From Thermoplasmatota archaeon (GTDB taxonomy: Archaea; Thermoplasmatota; E2; DHVEG-1), in NCBI GenBank assembly GCA_030616985.1, contig JAUWWG010000001.1, positions 1-51,633 on the forward strand: a DNA stretch of 51,633 nucleotides, given 5' to 3'. The notes under the pieces were generated by a model. That model made no database searches. It was not told the DNA's origin and saw nothing but the letters and a program-made list of their open reading frames with translations. Below are positions 9,630 through 19,653 of this stretch, piece after piece (position 1 is the first letter of the stretch; each line of letters begins with the position of its first letter). Both the position numbers and the translations under genes were made by a program.

Positions 9630-10649
9630 ATGAGGAGAAAGACATATAAAATAACAGTATTGCTCGCAATATTCGTACTTGCAGAAATAAACATTATAGC
9701 AACCATTCATGCAGAAAACATACCTCTAGAAAACAATCTCAAACAAAGTATAATAGTAAGTAAAAACAGCGATGGAGACTACACAACCATTCAAGAAGCA
9801 GTCGACAATGCACCAGAAGGATCAATAGTATACGTTAAAAAAGGATCCTATAGTGAAATAATCAACATAAAAAAAGAACTCAGTCTAATAGGAGAGGATA
9901 AAACTAACACCGTAATAAATCCCATCTCAGAAAAAAACAAATATGCAATCCGTCTTGGGGCTCCAGGAAGTATAATTAGAAATTTTAGCATTACGAATGG
10001 AGCCCCTGGCCTCTACACAACAGGTATCCGCATATCGGCATCAAAAACAGAAATACATAACTGTAACATATATGACACTCCTGTGGGCATTGCCTCATGG
10101 AGCTCAGATGGAATCATAGACAATTGTAAATTCTGGGGTTGTGAGGATGAAGGAATAGCACTTATAGGAAATAGTCTTTCTAGCTGCAACAGAAATAAAA
10201 TCACAAACTGCATATTTTATGAAAATTGCGATGGAATAGAACTACAATATTCATCAAATAACACCATCAGCAATTGTGAGTTCTACGAAAACACACACAC
10301 AGGAATAGATGCCATAGCGTCATCAAACAACAATAATACAATATCTAACTGTAAGATATATAATAACGAGGTCCATGGGATATACCTCTCAGCATCATCT
10401 GACAACAAAATACTTGATTGTTCAATATTTAAAAACAATGACGGAAACGTAATAATGAATGAGTATTCACACAATAACGAAATAAAAACAAGTGTTGATT
10501 CAGATCTAAGCAGCAGTAAAACAAGTAGAATATTAGCAGAGATTATCCAAACATACTGTGAGTCCAACAAAGAAATCTCTAAAAGAAGCAGCATTAAGAA
10601 TTTTTTTGATATCATATTAAATTTAATGCAGATTTTAACAAAATTTTGA
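9630..10649 (+). CDS. Secreted right-handed parallel beta-helix (PbH1/NosD-like) repeat protein
   Basis: Signal peptide VLLAIFVLAEINIIATIHA. N-terminal GDYTTIQEAVDNAPEGSIVYVKKGSY, then ~22-24-aa repeats of the type ITNCIFYEN / ISNCEFYEN / ISNCKIYNN / ILDCSIFKN. Confidence 0.75.
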   Translation: MRRKTYKITVLLAIFVLAEINIIATIHAENIPLENNLKQSIIVSKNSDGDYTTIQEAVDNAPEGSIVYVKKGSYSEIINIKKELSLIGEDKTNTVINPISEKNKYAIRLGAPGSIIRNFSITNGAPGLYTTGIRISASKTEIHNCNIYDTPVGIASWSSDGIIDNCKFWGCEDEGIALIGNSLSSCNRNKITNCIFYENCDGIELQYSSNNTISNCEFYENTHTGIDAIASSNNNNTISNCKIYNNEVHGIYLSASSDNKILDCSIFKNNDGNVIMNEYSHNNEIKTSVDSDLSSSKTSRILAEIIQTYCESNKEISKRSSIKNFFDIILNLMQILTKF

Positions 10650-10714
10650 AAATAATGGACAGGTACTAAAGAAAAATATAAATCAAAAATTAAAATGGAA
10701 TTGGGAAAATTTCT

Positions 10715-10879
10715 TTAATTTCCCTTCCGTTGTCCTAGTACGCCCAATGTAAACAAGCCAGACATCGCAGCTATGACAAACAAAAGAACCTCAGCTACGG
10801 CATTTGACAGTACAACTCCAAGAATCCCCAATATCGAACAAGAACAACCAACAACTGACATTAGTTTTCTCTTCAACAT
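10715..10879 (-). CDS. Small two-TM membrane protein candidate (54 aa), not in the ORF track
   Basis: Hand translation gives MLKRKLMSVVGCSCSILGILGVVLSNAVAEVLLFVIAAMSGLFTLGVLGQRKGN. It shows two clear hydrophobic helices, a positive N-terminus, and GGGTGA ~5 nt upstream of the ATG. Confidence 0.4.
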   Translation of the reverse strand: MLKRKLMSVVGCSCSILGILGVVLSNAVAEVLLFVIAAMSGLFTLGVLGQRKGN

Positions 10880-11063
10880 ATTCTTCACCCATATTGCAAA
10901 ATGATTACTACTATTTTAACATTTAGGTAACCTTTACGTCTATTAGCGAAATTTAAATAAAAAGGTGGATAGGGAGAAACGTCCAAAGATGTTTTAGCGC
11001 ACATAAAACAAAAGCTATAAGTTACATTAATCTATTCATTTTCTAAATTGGAGTGGAAAAATC

Positions 11064-11600
11064 ATGGGTGAAGAGAATGGAATATATATAAAGCTTGAAC
11101 TGCGAAAATCTAAAAACTCTGATGAATTTGCAATAAGGATACATTTTGACCAAAATGCACCTAACCTTTTTAGAAAGGGCGAGAATTATTCTTGGATGCC
11201 GACAACAGAAGAGATGAATATTATGAATGAAGCATATGACCTTATAGCAGCCAATAAGATTGAAAGACCTTATGAAAAAACTAATTATACACCTCCAGTG
11301 AATAACACGTCACCCGAACCACCAGTTAATCATGAAGGGCAAAATACATTTGATACGCCGCCACTGGAAACGTCAGAAAAGACAACATACCGTGAAGAAA
11401 CAAACAACGGATACGAAAATAATGAGATAAGACAAGATGAAAACAAAATATCTGTTTCTGAATCTGATAGACAAGCAATTGAAGCAGCATTGGAAAAACA
11501 TCGAGAGAATAACAATTTTTTATCTGAATCGGATGAGCAAAAGATTATTGAGAGAATACTGAATCAGAAAAAGCAAAACATCCAAGGTCAAGGATATTAG
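11064..11600 (+). CDS. Hypothetical protein (178 aa)
   Basis: GGAGTGG SD ~7 nt upstream. Acidic, Asn/Glu-rich, with no recognisable domain. Confidence 0.5.
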   Translation: MGEENGIYIKLELRKSKNSDEFAIRIHFDQNAPNLFRKGENYSWMPTTEEMNIMNEAYDLIAANKIERPYEKTNYTPPVNNTSPEPPVNHEGQNTFDTPPLETSEKTTYREETNNGYENNEIRQDENKISVSESDRQAIEAALEKHRENNNFLSESDEQKIIERILNQKKQNIQGQGY

Positions 11601-11629
11601 ATCGCACAAAGAGTAATTTATTGGTGCCT

Positions 11630-12016
11630 TTATTTTTCTTTGATTTCAAATAGGTTGCCTGAAAAATCTCTTACAAACAACAAATTTTTCCCACTCTCGG
11701 TTATAAACATTGGTTTTATGCCATATTGTTTACAGCGATCTATGAATTCTTTTTTGTTATCGATTTCTATGCAAACATGCCCATAACCATGTTTTTCCTC
11801 TGTTTGAGTAATAAAAATCTCAAATCTTGTTTCATTGTTATCGTATGCTTCGACATCCACACTTTCATTTATGCCAAATATAGCCTCCGACAACTCTCCA
11901 GATACAGTAAACTTTTTCTTTATGGGAAGTCCCAGTACCTCTGTGAAAAATGTCTCTATCTTTTCCTTATCATTACATTGTAATGCAACATGATTAAGCA
12001 ATGCTCCCTCAGCCAT
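11630..12016 (-). CDS. VOC/glyoxalase-bleomycin-resistance family protein
   Basis: 128 aa. LNHVALQCND near the N-terminus and GYGHVCIEID plus FVRDFSGNLFEI match the paired beta-alpha-beta-beta-beta metal-binding fold pattern. Confidence 0.75.
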   Translation of the reverse strand: MAEGALLNHVALQCNDKEKIETFFTEVLGLPIKKKFTVSGELSEAIFGINESVDVEAYDNNETRFEIFITQTEEKHGYGHVCIEIDNKKEFIDRCKQYGIKPMFITESGKNLLFVRDFSGNLFEIKEK

Positions 12017-12082
12017 AATTAACTACCTCTACACAGTATTTTGAATGATATTGGTTTGTTTAAAATTAAAAAGGAGATTTTT

Positions 12083-13267
12083 CTAGATTATCTCCAGTTT
12101 CTTCCCAAGTTTCTCGAATTTTTCCAATGCAAAGTCAAGATCTTTTTTTGTAAGTCCTGCATTCATCATTGTTCTAATCCGTGCTTTATCTCGTGCGACC
12201 ATTGGGAATACTATTGGTAATGCAAACACACCTTCATCATACAGCCGATTACTGAGTTCTTTGGCTTTGCTTGATTCTCCAACAATAACCGGTGTAATAG
12301 GTGTCTCACTATGGCCTGTATCAAATCCCATTGAGTTTAACTCCTTTTTGAAATATTTGGTATTATCCCACAAATTCTTTACATGTTGTGGTTCTGTTTC
12401 AAGAACATCAATTGCCGCAAGCTGGGCTCCTGCTACAGCCGGTGGATGAGAACCACTAAGTAGCCATGTTCTTGATTTGTTGTATGCAAAGTTCACGAGA
12501 TCTTGGCTTCCTGCAATTAGGCCACCTACCACCCCAAATGCTTTACTAAAGGTACCCATTTCAACATCGATTTTTCCTTCTATTCCAAAGTGTGCTCCTA
12601 TTCCCCTTCCATCAGGTCCAATTACCCCTTCCCCATGCGCATCATCGGCATAGGTCATCGCACCATATTCATTTGCAAGTTTCACGATTTGATCTACAGG
12701 TGCTATGTCACCATCCATACTGAAAACACCATCAGTTATTATGAGAATTCTGTTGTATTTTTTATCGGCATCTTTCAGCACCTTTTCTAGTTCACCCATA
12801 TCACAATGTTTGTAGACCGCCCGGTCTGTCCTAGTTAGTCTCACACCATCAATAATACTGCCATGGTTAAGCTCATCACTTATGATTATGTCTCCTTTAC
12901 TAACTAACTGAGGTATTAAACCAGCATTAGCCGCAAAACCAGTCTGATATATAAGAGACGATTCCGTCCTTTTGAATTTTGCAAGTTTCCTCTCAACTTC
13001 CATATGAAGTTCCATTGTCCCAGCAATCGCACGTACTGAACCAGAACCTGCACCGAATTTTTTAGCAGCATCAACCGCTCCTTTTATGAGCCGTGGATGA
13101 TTGCTCAGATTCAAATAATTATTAGAACAAAGCATTATCACTTCTTTACCGTCAACCACAGAATGGGGCGTAGAGCCAGTTTTTAAAATACGTAGTTTCC
13201 AGTCAAAGCTGTTCTTAACAAGTTCATCATATTCCTTCTTCAAAAATGCCGTCGGATTTCGTTTCAT
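12083..13267 (-). CDS. PLP-dependent alpha-oxoamine synthase family acyltransferase (2-amino-3-ketobutyrate CoA ligase / 8-amino-7-oxononanoate synthase-like)
   Basis: 394 aa. SNNYLNL, DELNHGSIIDG, DDAHGEG and the PLP-lysine motif GTFSKAFG are hallmark AONS/Kbl motifs. Confidence 0.85.
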   Translation of the reverse strand: MKRNPTAFLKKEYDELVKNSFDWKLRILKTGSTPHSVVDGKEVIMLCSNNYLNLSNHPRLIKGAVDAAKKFGAGSGSVRAIAGTMELHMEVERKLAKFKRTESSLIYQTGFAANAGLIPQLVSKGDIIISDELNHGSIIDGVRLTRTDRAVYKHCDMGELEKVLKDADKKYNRILIITDGVFSMDGDIAPVDQIVKLANEYGAMTYADDAHGEGVIGPDGRGIGAHFGIEGKIDVEMGTFSKAFGVVGGLIAGSQDLVNFAYNKSRTWLLSGSHPPAVAGAQLAAIDVLETEPQHVKNLWDNTKYFKKELNSMGFDTGHSETPITPVIVGESSKAKELSNRLYDEGVFALPIVFPMVARDKARIRTMMNAGLTKKDLDFALEKFEKLGKKLEII

Positions 13268-13334
13268 AAATCATATACCTCCAATTGACTTTATAAGTGA
13301 GTCTTAGTGGATTCCAGTGAAACATAAGGAAATA

Positions 13335-14477
13335 TTAAAAGTTGTTGGTTTGGATTTTTACAACCCTGCTCATACGATAGCCAATAACAACCATCATGAA
13401 CTCTTTTTCAACAAAAAGATGGTCCAATTCTCTATCGCCAGTATCCACACGTATGATTGGAGTAGAAACAAGCTTTGACGGTGTTGAAATAACAATAATG
13501 TTATCGAACCCTATCTTTCTGATTACGCGGGGACTTAGTTGAAGGTTTCCTCTACCCAAAATAAAACCTTGAGCCCCTATAGGGCTGAGTATAACTTTAG
13601 CCTTGGAATATTTGTCTAAAAGCCTTAGTATTCCTTCCTCATTAAGATCTTTACCTATAAGTTTCTTATTGTGTACTGCATCGATACCAAGAAGAGTATT
13701 TTCCAGATTCATCTTGTGGGCGATATAATCAATGGTACCGCCAGATCCGAACAAAAAAAGAAAATCACTGTACCTTTCAATCTCATCAACGATGTGCTCA
13801 GTAAGCTCATCCTTTGTTTCATCATCAGAAACTGATTCATAACAGCTTTTTCCAACCTGAACATACGTTGGCTCTACAATACCCTTCGCAATGCCAAATA
13901 ACTGTATATTCCATTCTCCTTTTTGATAGCGGTCCTCATCAAGGTCCATGATCTCAGCATCACCAATAGTAAGACGTCGATTTACAAACTCGTGAAGCAT
14001 TTTTGCTACAGCGCGTGTATTTATGCCAAATACGCCGGAATGCATCTTGACACCCGAAGGTATGCCAAGAATGGGAGTTTTTTTATCAACTATTTCAAAA
14101 ACGTCCCTGGCGGTACCATCCCCACCACAAAAAATAATTAAATCGACATTTTTTTCTAAAAATGTTTTACATGCCCTTTTAGTATCCTCAGATGATGTAT
14201 CCGTACCAAGAGAACTGTAGACAACTTCAACCTTTGTTACTCCTGCCTTTTTTAATTCTTCGCCACCCATTTCTCCAGAACATGTAAACCACTGTACATT
14301 ATCATTCTTAGAGTATTCGTTCAAATACTCCCGTAGTGTTTCTTCTGCTTTCTTGGATGCTACGGGTTTTGCCCCAAGTTTAACTGCTTCTTCTAAAACA
14401 CCATCCGTTCCCTTAAGTCCTACTCTACCACCCATGCCAGATATAGGATTAACCAAAAAACCAATTTTTGAATCCAT
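13335..14477 (-). CDS. ATP-NAD kinase (NadK/AcoX-like) family protein
   Basis: 380 aa. GGDGT motif in IIFCGGDGTARDV and an N-terminal LVNPISGMGG glycine-rich segment. Confidence 0.7.
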   Translation of the reverse strand: MDSKIGFLVNPISGMGGRVGLKGTDGVLEEAVKLGAKPVASKKAEETLREYLNEYSKNDNVQWFTCSGEMGGEELKKAGVTKVEVVYSSLGTDTSSEDTKRACKTFLEKNVDLIIFCGGDGTARDVFEIVDKKTPILGIPSGVKMHSGVFGINTRAVAKMLHEFVNRRLTIGDAEIMDLDEDRYQKGEWNIQLFGIAKGIVEPTYVQVGKSCYESVSDDETKDELTEHIVDEIERYSDFLFLFGSGGTIDYIAHKMNLENTLLGIDAVHNKKLIGKDLNEEGILRLLDKYSKAKVILSPIGAQGFILGRGNLQLSPRVIRKIGFDNIIVISTPSKLVSTPIIRVDTGDRELDHLFVEKEFMMVVIGYRMSRVVKIQTNNF

Positions 14478-14565
14478 AGCCTTTCTGGGACCTAAAATAA
14501 AACCTCAATATTTAAACTACATACATCAAGCTATTGCAAATCAACATAGTTAAAAGAAGAATTGA

Positions 14566-14585
14566 GCTGGCATAAAAATGCCAGC
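14566..14585 (-). terminator. Hairpin plus T-rich tract downstream of the radA/small-ORF unit
   Basis: Perfect 8-bp inverted repeat GCTGGCAT-AAAA-ATGCCAGC. It lies 18 nt after the stop of 14603..14788 on the minus strand and is followed there by TCAATTCTTCTTTT. Confidence 0.4.
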
Positions 14586-14602
14586 ATTTAAAAATTGATT
14601 TT

Positions 14603-14788
14603 TTATTTTTTCTTCAGATATGGTAAACCTGTTCTCTTGTTAACACCAACTACCATGTTATCCGGTTTGTCACAAGGCTTGCCGCTCTTAGGTGTCCTCT
14701 TACTGAAGAAGTAGATTGTCTGTTTTCTTCCGCCTTTAAGTTCTACATCCATTGTATATAAAGTCCATCCTTCATGTACATATGCCAT
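14603..14788 (-). CDS. Small conserved hypothetical protein (61 aa)
   Basis: The ORF track starts at 14827. The internal ATG at 14788 is preceded by GAGGTGAAGG ~5 nt upstream. Product: MAYVHEGWTLYTMDVELKGGRKQTIYFFSKRTPKSGKPCDKPDNMVVGVNKRTGLPYLKKK. Confidence 0.55.
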   Translation of the reverse strand: MAYVHEGWTLYTMDVELKGGRKQTIYFFSKRTPKSGKPCDKPDNMVVGVNKRTGLPYLKKK

Positions 14789-14855
14789 ATTACCTTCACC
14801 TCTATAAGAAGAGATATCCATTCTCACATTTAAGTTTTTCCTTATTTTCTATCTT

Positions 14856-15806
14856 TTAGTCCCTGATTCCGGCCTCACCGACGGTAAAAATAGCCTCACC
14901 CTCAGGAAGATGTGGTGAATCGATCAGTCTTGCAATTCTTTTTGGGCCTTTACTTTTACGCAAGTATATCCTGAAAGTAGCAGTATGTCCAACAATGTGA
15001 CCTCCTATAGGCCTAGTGGGATCTCCAAAGAATGCATCTGGTTTAGATGAAACCTGATTTGTAACACAGACAATACCATTATTGAGGTCACTCCACCTCA
15101 AAAGATCGTGCATATGTTTGTTTAGTTTCTGTTGCCTATCGGCAAGTGCCCCCCTGCCAATATATTCGGCACGGAAATGCGCTGTCAGTGAATCAACTAT
15201 AAGTAGACTAGCAGGGGTTTCCTTGGAAAGCTCTTTGACCTTATCTACAAGTAGCATTTGATGACTTGAGTTATATGCACGTGCAACATGAATCTTCTCA
15301 AGAACTTCATCTGGATCTAGTTCAAAAGCATTTGCCATCTGTATTATACGCTCCGGTCTAAATGTGTTCTCAGTATCTATAAAAAATGCATGACTGTTCA
15401 AGCCGCCTTGCTCTAACGGTAGCTGCACCGAGACACACAACTGATGGGCAATTTGTGTTTTGGATGAACCATATTCACCATAAAGTTCTGTTATTGACTG
15501 TGTTTCAAAACCACCTCCAAGAAGTTCATCAAAGGTTTTAGAACCAGAAGTTAAGTGACCAACCTTTGCTCTTTTCTCTAGTAGAGCACTTCCAGTTTCA
15601 AATTTGCCAACATCTGCTTCCTTTCTTGCTTTCTGAATTATTTTTGCTGCTGTCGCATCACCAATCTCAGCTGCATCCGAGAGCTCTTTGGGGGACGCTA
15701 CAGCTATGCTCATGATATCGGTGTATCCTGCCTCTCTGAGTTTTTCTGCAGTTGCGGGACCTACACCGGGCAAGTCATCAATCATATCGTTCTTATCTTT
15801 ACTCAT
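14856..15806 (-). CDS. radA: DNA repair and recombination protein RadA
   Basis: 316 aa. N-terminal Hh[18 protein letters not shown], Walker [10 protein letters not shown], Walker B LLIVDSL, typical archaeal RadA length. Confidence 0.95.
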   Translation of the reverse strand: MSKDKNDMIDDLPGVGPATAEKLREAGYTDIMSIAVASPKELSDAAEIGDATAAKIIQKARKEADVGKFETGSALLEKRAKVGHLTSGSKTFDELLGGGFETQSITELYGEYGSSKTQIAHQLCVSVQLPLEQGGLNSHAFFIDTENTFRPERIIQMANAFELDPDEVLEKIHVARAYNSSHQMLLVDKVKELSKETPASLLIVDSLTAHFRAEYIGRGALADRQQKLNKHMHDLLRWSDLNNGIVCVTNQVSSKPDAFFGDPTRPIGGHIVGHTATFRIYLRKSKGPKRIARLIDSPHLPEGEAIFTVGEAGIRD

Positions 15807-15905
15807 GAAAAATCCCTTGAGACACAGTAATTAATAAGCATTTATAAAAGTGTGGTAGGGTGTACTTAAACTATTAAATCTAAGACAATATACCGAACAT
15901 AAAAT

Positions 15906-16475
15906 ATGAAAGAAGACTATTATCCGTGGGGTGGTGAATTCAATACATGTTCGCCTGATGGACGTGTTGCAGTCGTAATTCTTAATATAGAATACACTCC
16001 CCCCAATACTGTAGCCATATATGGGCCGCTTAAGACCGAAAATATCGGCATAGAAAAAATCGTTGCCAATGTAATATCAAATCCCCATATAAGATATCTT
16101 ATTGTTTGTGGAGATGATATCAGAGGACACCGTTCAGGATCTTCACTCGTTGCCCTGCAGAAAAATGGAATCGATGAACAAAACAAAATTATCGATGCAC
16201 CTGGAGCAATACCATATATTGAAAATCTAACTATGGAAGCAATAGACAGATTTCGCAATCAAATTGAAATCGTCGATTTACTGGGCATTAAAGACAAGGG
16301 AAGCATCGACAAAGCGGTACATGACAATACTGTAAAACCAGTCCCGCCATATGGTGAACCATATATTGCCATACGTATTAAACCCAAAACAACGGTAAAC
16401 TTAGACGATAAAAGAGCGTTACATTCAAAAATTGTAATGAACTACATGGGAAAGGTTGAAAAAAGAGGTGAATAG
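15906..16475 (+). CDS. mtrA: MtrA-like corrinoid-binding protein (soluble; no C-terminal TM anchor)
   Basis: 189 aa. YPWGGEF, VAIYGPLKTEN and IRYLIVCGDDIRGHRSGSSLVALQKNGID match the MtrA fold region, including the Gly-His segment. The protein ends ...GKVEKRGE with no hydrophobic helix. Confidence 0.75.
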   Translation: MKEDYYPWGGEFNTCSPDGRVAVVILNIEYTPPNTVAIYGPLKTENIGIEKIVANVISNPHIRYLIVCGDDIRGHRSGSSLVALQKNGIDEQNKIIDAPGAIPYIENLTMEAIDRFRNQIEIVDLLGIKDKGSIDKAVHDNTVKPVPPYGEPYIAIRIKPKTTVNLDDKRALHSKIVMNYMGKVEKRGE

Positions 16476-17375
16476 GTGTTTTCTTTTACCAAAGAACAGG
16501 AAATCTTAGAAATTTCAGATACGAAAATTGGTGGGCAACCAGGTATGTACCCCACAGTTCTATTTGGCGGTATGTTTTTTAAAGGCGAACCTGACTGTGA
16601 AATAGCAGAAAAATATCTTAACAATATGCTTGATCTCAGCAAAAAAACAGGCAATCCTGCAATTCCTGACTTCTTTATCAGAAAGGAAGAATACATTGAA
16701 GAAATCACTAACTTTATTGAAAGGATCCTTCCAGAAAAACAACCGTTTTCAATAGATGTTACCGACCCACAAGTAAAGGTAAGAGTCCTAGAATGTCTTC
16801 ATGAAAAAAATCTTCTTTCGCGAACTATCTATAATTCCATTCATGTTGGAATAACAGATGGGGAACGTGAGGCTTTAACTAAATATACTCCCGAAATGGC
16901 CATTATTGTAGCGTTTAATCCAAAAGATAAATCACCTGATGGTAAAATTGAGGTTCTTGAAAACGGCGCTCATATCACCGATATTGGACTGCTTGACATT
17001 TCAAAAAATTTAGGAATTAAAAAAATACTTATTGATACTGCTGCACTTGCACCGGGAGATAACACTGGTGCAGCAATTGCAGCCATCCCAGTTATAAAAG
17101 AGGAATATGGCCTACCCACAGGTTGTGCCATTCACAATGTGGTAGAGAAATCAAAATGGCTAAATGATTTTGAATCTGCAAGGAAAACAGTTGATGCTTC
17201 CTCAAATGTCAACATTTCTCTATTTGGAGGAGATTTTGCAATATTTGGCCCCATAGGAAACGCAGATATTGTCTTCCCAACAGTTGCATGGCAAGATATT
17301 CTCATCTCTGAATACACTGAAAATTACTTTGGAATATCTCCAGATGAACATCATCCCCGGAGGAAACTCTTCTAA
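16476..17375 (+). CDS. mtrH: MtrH-like methyl-pterin:corrinoid methyltransferase
   Basis: GTG start directly after the upstream stop, with AGAGGTG upstream. The N-terminus MFSFTKEQEILEISDTKIGGQPGMYPTVLFG is the characteristic MtrH opening (MF.F.KEQ......IGGQPGE.PT). Confidence 0.85.
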   Translation: MFSFTKEQEILEISDTKIGGQPGMYPTVLFGGMFFKGEPDCEIAEKYLNNMLDLSKKTGNPAIPDFFIRKEEYIEEITNFIERILPEKQPFSIDVTDPQVKVRVLECLHEKNLLSRTIYNSIHVGITDGEREALTKYTPEMAIIVAFNPKDKSPDGKIEVLENGAHITDIGLLDISKNLGIKKILIDTAALAPGDNTGAAIAAIPVIKEEYGLPTGCAIHNVVEKSKWLNDFESARKTVDASSNVNISLFGGDFAIFGPIGNADIVFPTVAWQDILISEYTENYFGISPDEHHPRRKLF

Positions 17376-18271
17376 TGAATAATAAGATCAAAACATGCGT
17401 AATTGGATCATACCCCGTGCTTACTGATGCTATGGAACTTATGAATGGATATTTTAATGGAGAGGAAGTCTCCTGGGACAAATATATCCAATACGCAGTT
17501 AGTGACATGGTCAACGCTGGACTTGACATTGTTTCAGACGGGCAAACAAGAGATCCATTCATTCAGATTTTTACAAGAAAACTAAAAGGATGTAGAATCA
17601 GAGCCAGAACAGAAATCGTAGATAAAGTAGAATACAATGCCCCTATAACACTTAAAGACCAGAAATACGCCAAAAGCTTGATTCCAGATGATAAAGAATT
17701 AACAGGCGTTCTTACTGGGCCATATACTCTAAGTAAATCGTGTATCGATTTGTATTATAACGATGAAAAAGATCTTGCCTTTGATTTTGCCCATGCCCTT
17801 AAACAAGAGGCAAAGGTATTGCAAAAACACGTCGATATGATTAGCATTGATGAACCATTTTTTTCTAATGAGATACCAGACTACGGGAAAGAACTAATTG
17901 AGATAATTACAAAGGACATTTCCTGCCCCACTAGGCTTCATGCATGCGGGAATGTATCTGATATAATATCAGAGTTATTGGAGATTCCCGTGGATATATT
18001 ATCTCATGAATTCAAAGCATCCCCGCAAATATTCGATGCGTTTAAAGAATATGCTTTTCCTCAAAAAATTTGTTTGGGTGCTGTTCGCTCAGATGACACA
18101 CGAGTTGAATCAGTTGAAGAAATAATGGAGCATACAAAAAAAGGAATGGACATCTTTGGAGAAAAGATTGTTCAATTGGCACCTGACTGTGGGCAAAGAT
18201 TGCTGCCCAGAGATGTTGCTTTTCAAAAATTGAAAAATCTTGTAAAAGTAGGTGAAAAAATCAATGGTTGA
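17375..18271 (+). CDS. Core (C-terminal-half-only) MetE-like methionine synthase / methylcobalamin:homocysteine methyltransferase family
   Basis: 298 aa. TAATG stop/start overlap with mtrH. Zn-ligand pattern RLHACGN (His-x-Cys), ISIDEPF (Glu) and LAPDCGQ (Cys), as in MetE/URO-D-like methyltransferases. Confidence 0.8.
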   Translation: MNNKIKTCVIGSYPVLTDAMELMNGYFNGEEVSWDKYIQYAVSDMVNAGLDIVSDGQTRDPFIQIFTRKLKGCRIRARTEIVDKVEYNAPITLKDQKYAKSLIPDDKELTGVLTGPYTLSKSCIDLYYNDEKDLAFDFAHALKQEAKVLQKHVDMISIDEPFFSNEIPDYGKELIEIITKDISCPTRLHACGNVSDIISELLEIPVDILSHEFKASPQIFDAFKEYAFPQKICLGAVRSDDTRVESVEEIMEHTKKGMDIFGEKIVQLAPDCGQRLLPRDVAFQKLKNLVKVGEKING

Positions 18272-18590
18272 TAAGGAAGTCCCCTTAATTGAGGCTGAAA
18301 AAACACCACAGAAAGACGTAGCCTTAGATCCAAAAGGTTTCTTTGTTATAGAAGTGCATGGAAAGGAAATAAGAGTAGAGTATTATACTAACATATACAA
18401 GGAAAATAGGATTGTCTCAGGGAACCTCAAAAAAGTTTTTTCAGGTAAAAAGGCGGATGCACTATCAGATACTATTGTAGAACATGTTCCCGGTCTTAGA
18501 CCTGAACATTACATGTATATTGGTAGAGAACTTCAGAGAGCTCAGTGCGCTCTTGAAAAAAACAAAGAATACTTTCAGGGCGGATGCTGA
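18264..18590 (+). CDS. DUF4346-like small protein
   Basis: The ORF track opens at GTG 18252. ATG 18264 has AGGTGA ~9 nt upstream and overlaps the preceding stop. LDPKGFFVIEV... and HYMYIGRELQRAQCAL resemble the DUF4346 pattern (HAAYLGRELxKAE) often fused to MtrA homologues. Confidence 0.55.
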   Translation: MVDKEVPLIEAEKTPQKDVALDPKGFFVIEVHGKEIRVEYYTNIYKENRIVSGNLKKVFSGKKADALSDTIVEHVPGLRPEHYMYIGRELQRAQCALEKNKEYFQGGC

Positions 18591-19366
18591 AGTTTTTTGA
18601 TAATACCCTTGCCGTTTACGTGTATCTCTTTATTACCGTTTTTCTGCCTCATGTCAAAATTTTCTATTATTAATGAGTCTCCCTGTTTGAAACGCTGTAT
18701 TTCTTTTACTTTTTCATCCCATATTACCAGTTGTTTTATACCCTCTTCATCCTTTATTTTGATGTTTGTGACAAAACCAAATTCCCCACTATCTTTAAAA
18801 AAGGCACGTGTGGGTTCCATTTCAACCAATTCTCCTTTAATCTCTTTGGTGTTATCTATTTTTTTGTCGTCAAAATCGGGCACGTCTTCCGGTTCAACTT
18901 CTAAAAAACCCCATTTACCCACATTTATTTCTAGACCATTAAAACCATCTTTTATGTAACCATTTACAATCTTCAAACTGGTACCTTCCTGTATCGTCTT
19001 ATTTTTTACCAGATCCACATCCTTGTCCCATAATGCTAGCCCACAGGTCCCTGTACCATCTGTTATCTCTAGATTTACCACCCGTCCCGAAGATCCATTT
19101 TTTCTTTTAAAATTCCTTGGTTCGCTGATTCCAATTATCTTGCCAAGAACGATACACTCTGAGCCGGGTTCTAAATCAGCGATTTTGGATACATTTTGTT
19201 TGTTTCTTCCCAGTTCATCTACAATCAACAATGCAAGAGTGTTTTCATCTATGAGATCATCGTATTCTTTTTTTCTATTTTTTATTTCTTTTTCAAATTT
19301 ATTTTTTGTTATAAGATCTTTGACACCTTCATAAAGCTTGTCTTTGTTTTTATGCATCCGATACAT
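18575..19366 (-). CDS. Replication protein A-like ssDNA-binding protein (two OB folds)
   Basis: 263 aa. LALLIVDELGRN linker then two OB-like units (GKIIGISEPRNFKRKNGSSGRVVNLEITDGTGTCGLALWD; FGFVTNIKIKDEEGIKQLVIWD). The 3' end overlaps the convergent gene by 16 nt. Confidence 0.75.
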   Translation of the reverse strand: MYRMHKNKDKLYEGVKDLITKNKFEKEIKNRKKEYDDLIDENTLALLIVDELGRNKQNVSKIADLEPGSECIVLGKIIGISEPRNFKRKNGSSGRVVNLEITDGTGTCGLALWDKDVDLVKNKTIQEGTSLKIVNGYIKDGFNGLEINVGKWGFLEVEPEDVPDFDDKKIDNTKEIKGELVEMEPTRAFFKDSGEFGFVTNIKIKDEEGIKQLVIWDEKVKEIQRFKQGDSLIIENFDMRQKNGNKEIHVNGKGIIKKLQHPP

Positions 19367-19653
19367 GAATGCATATTTGCTGCTTTAAATCTATTGTCGA
19401 AATCGTTTGCATATTGCGTTGGTGCGTATTTATATTGATTTCTGTCCACAATCAGTTATTGTATCTTAAATAAAAGAATTCTAATATACTATTCTTCAAA
19501 TTGGCTAATTAGCATTTCTCTATTGGAATAAAAATATTTGAAAAATCTAAGATGAAAAGAGACGAAAGAATCTGTGAGTTTTAGGAAATAATCCTCATTT
19601 CAAAGTATCGTATCGCCATATAATGCCTATGAACTCTGATTGAGAAGGGTATA

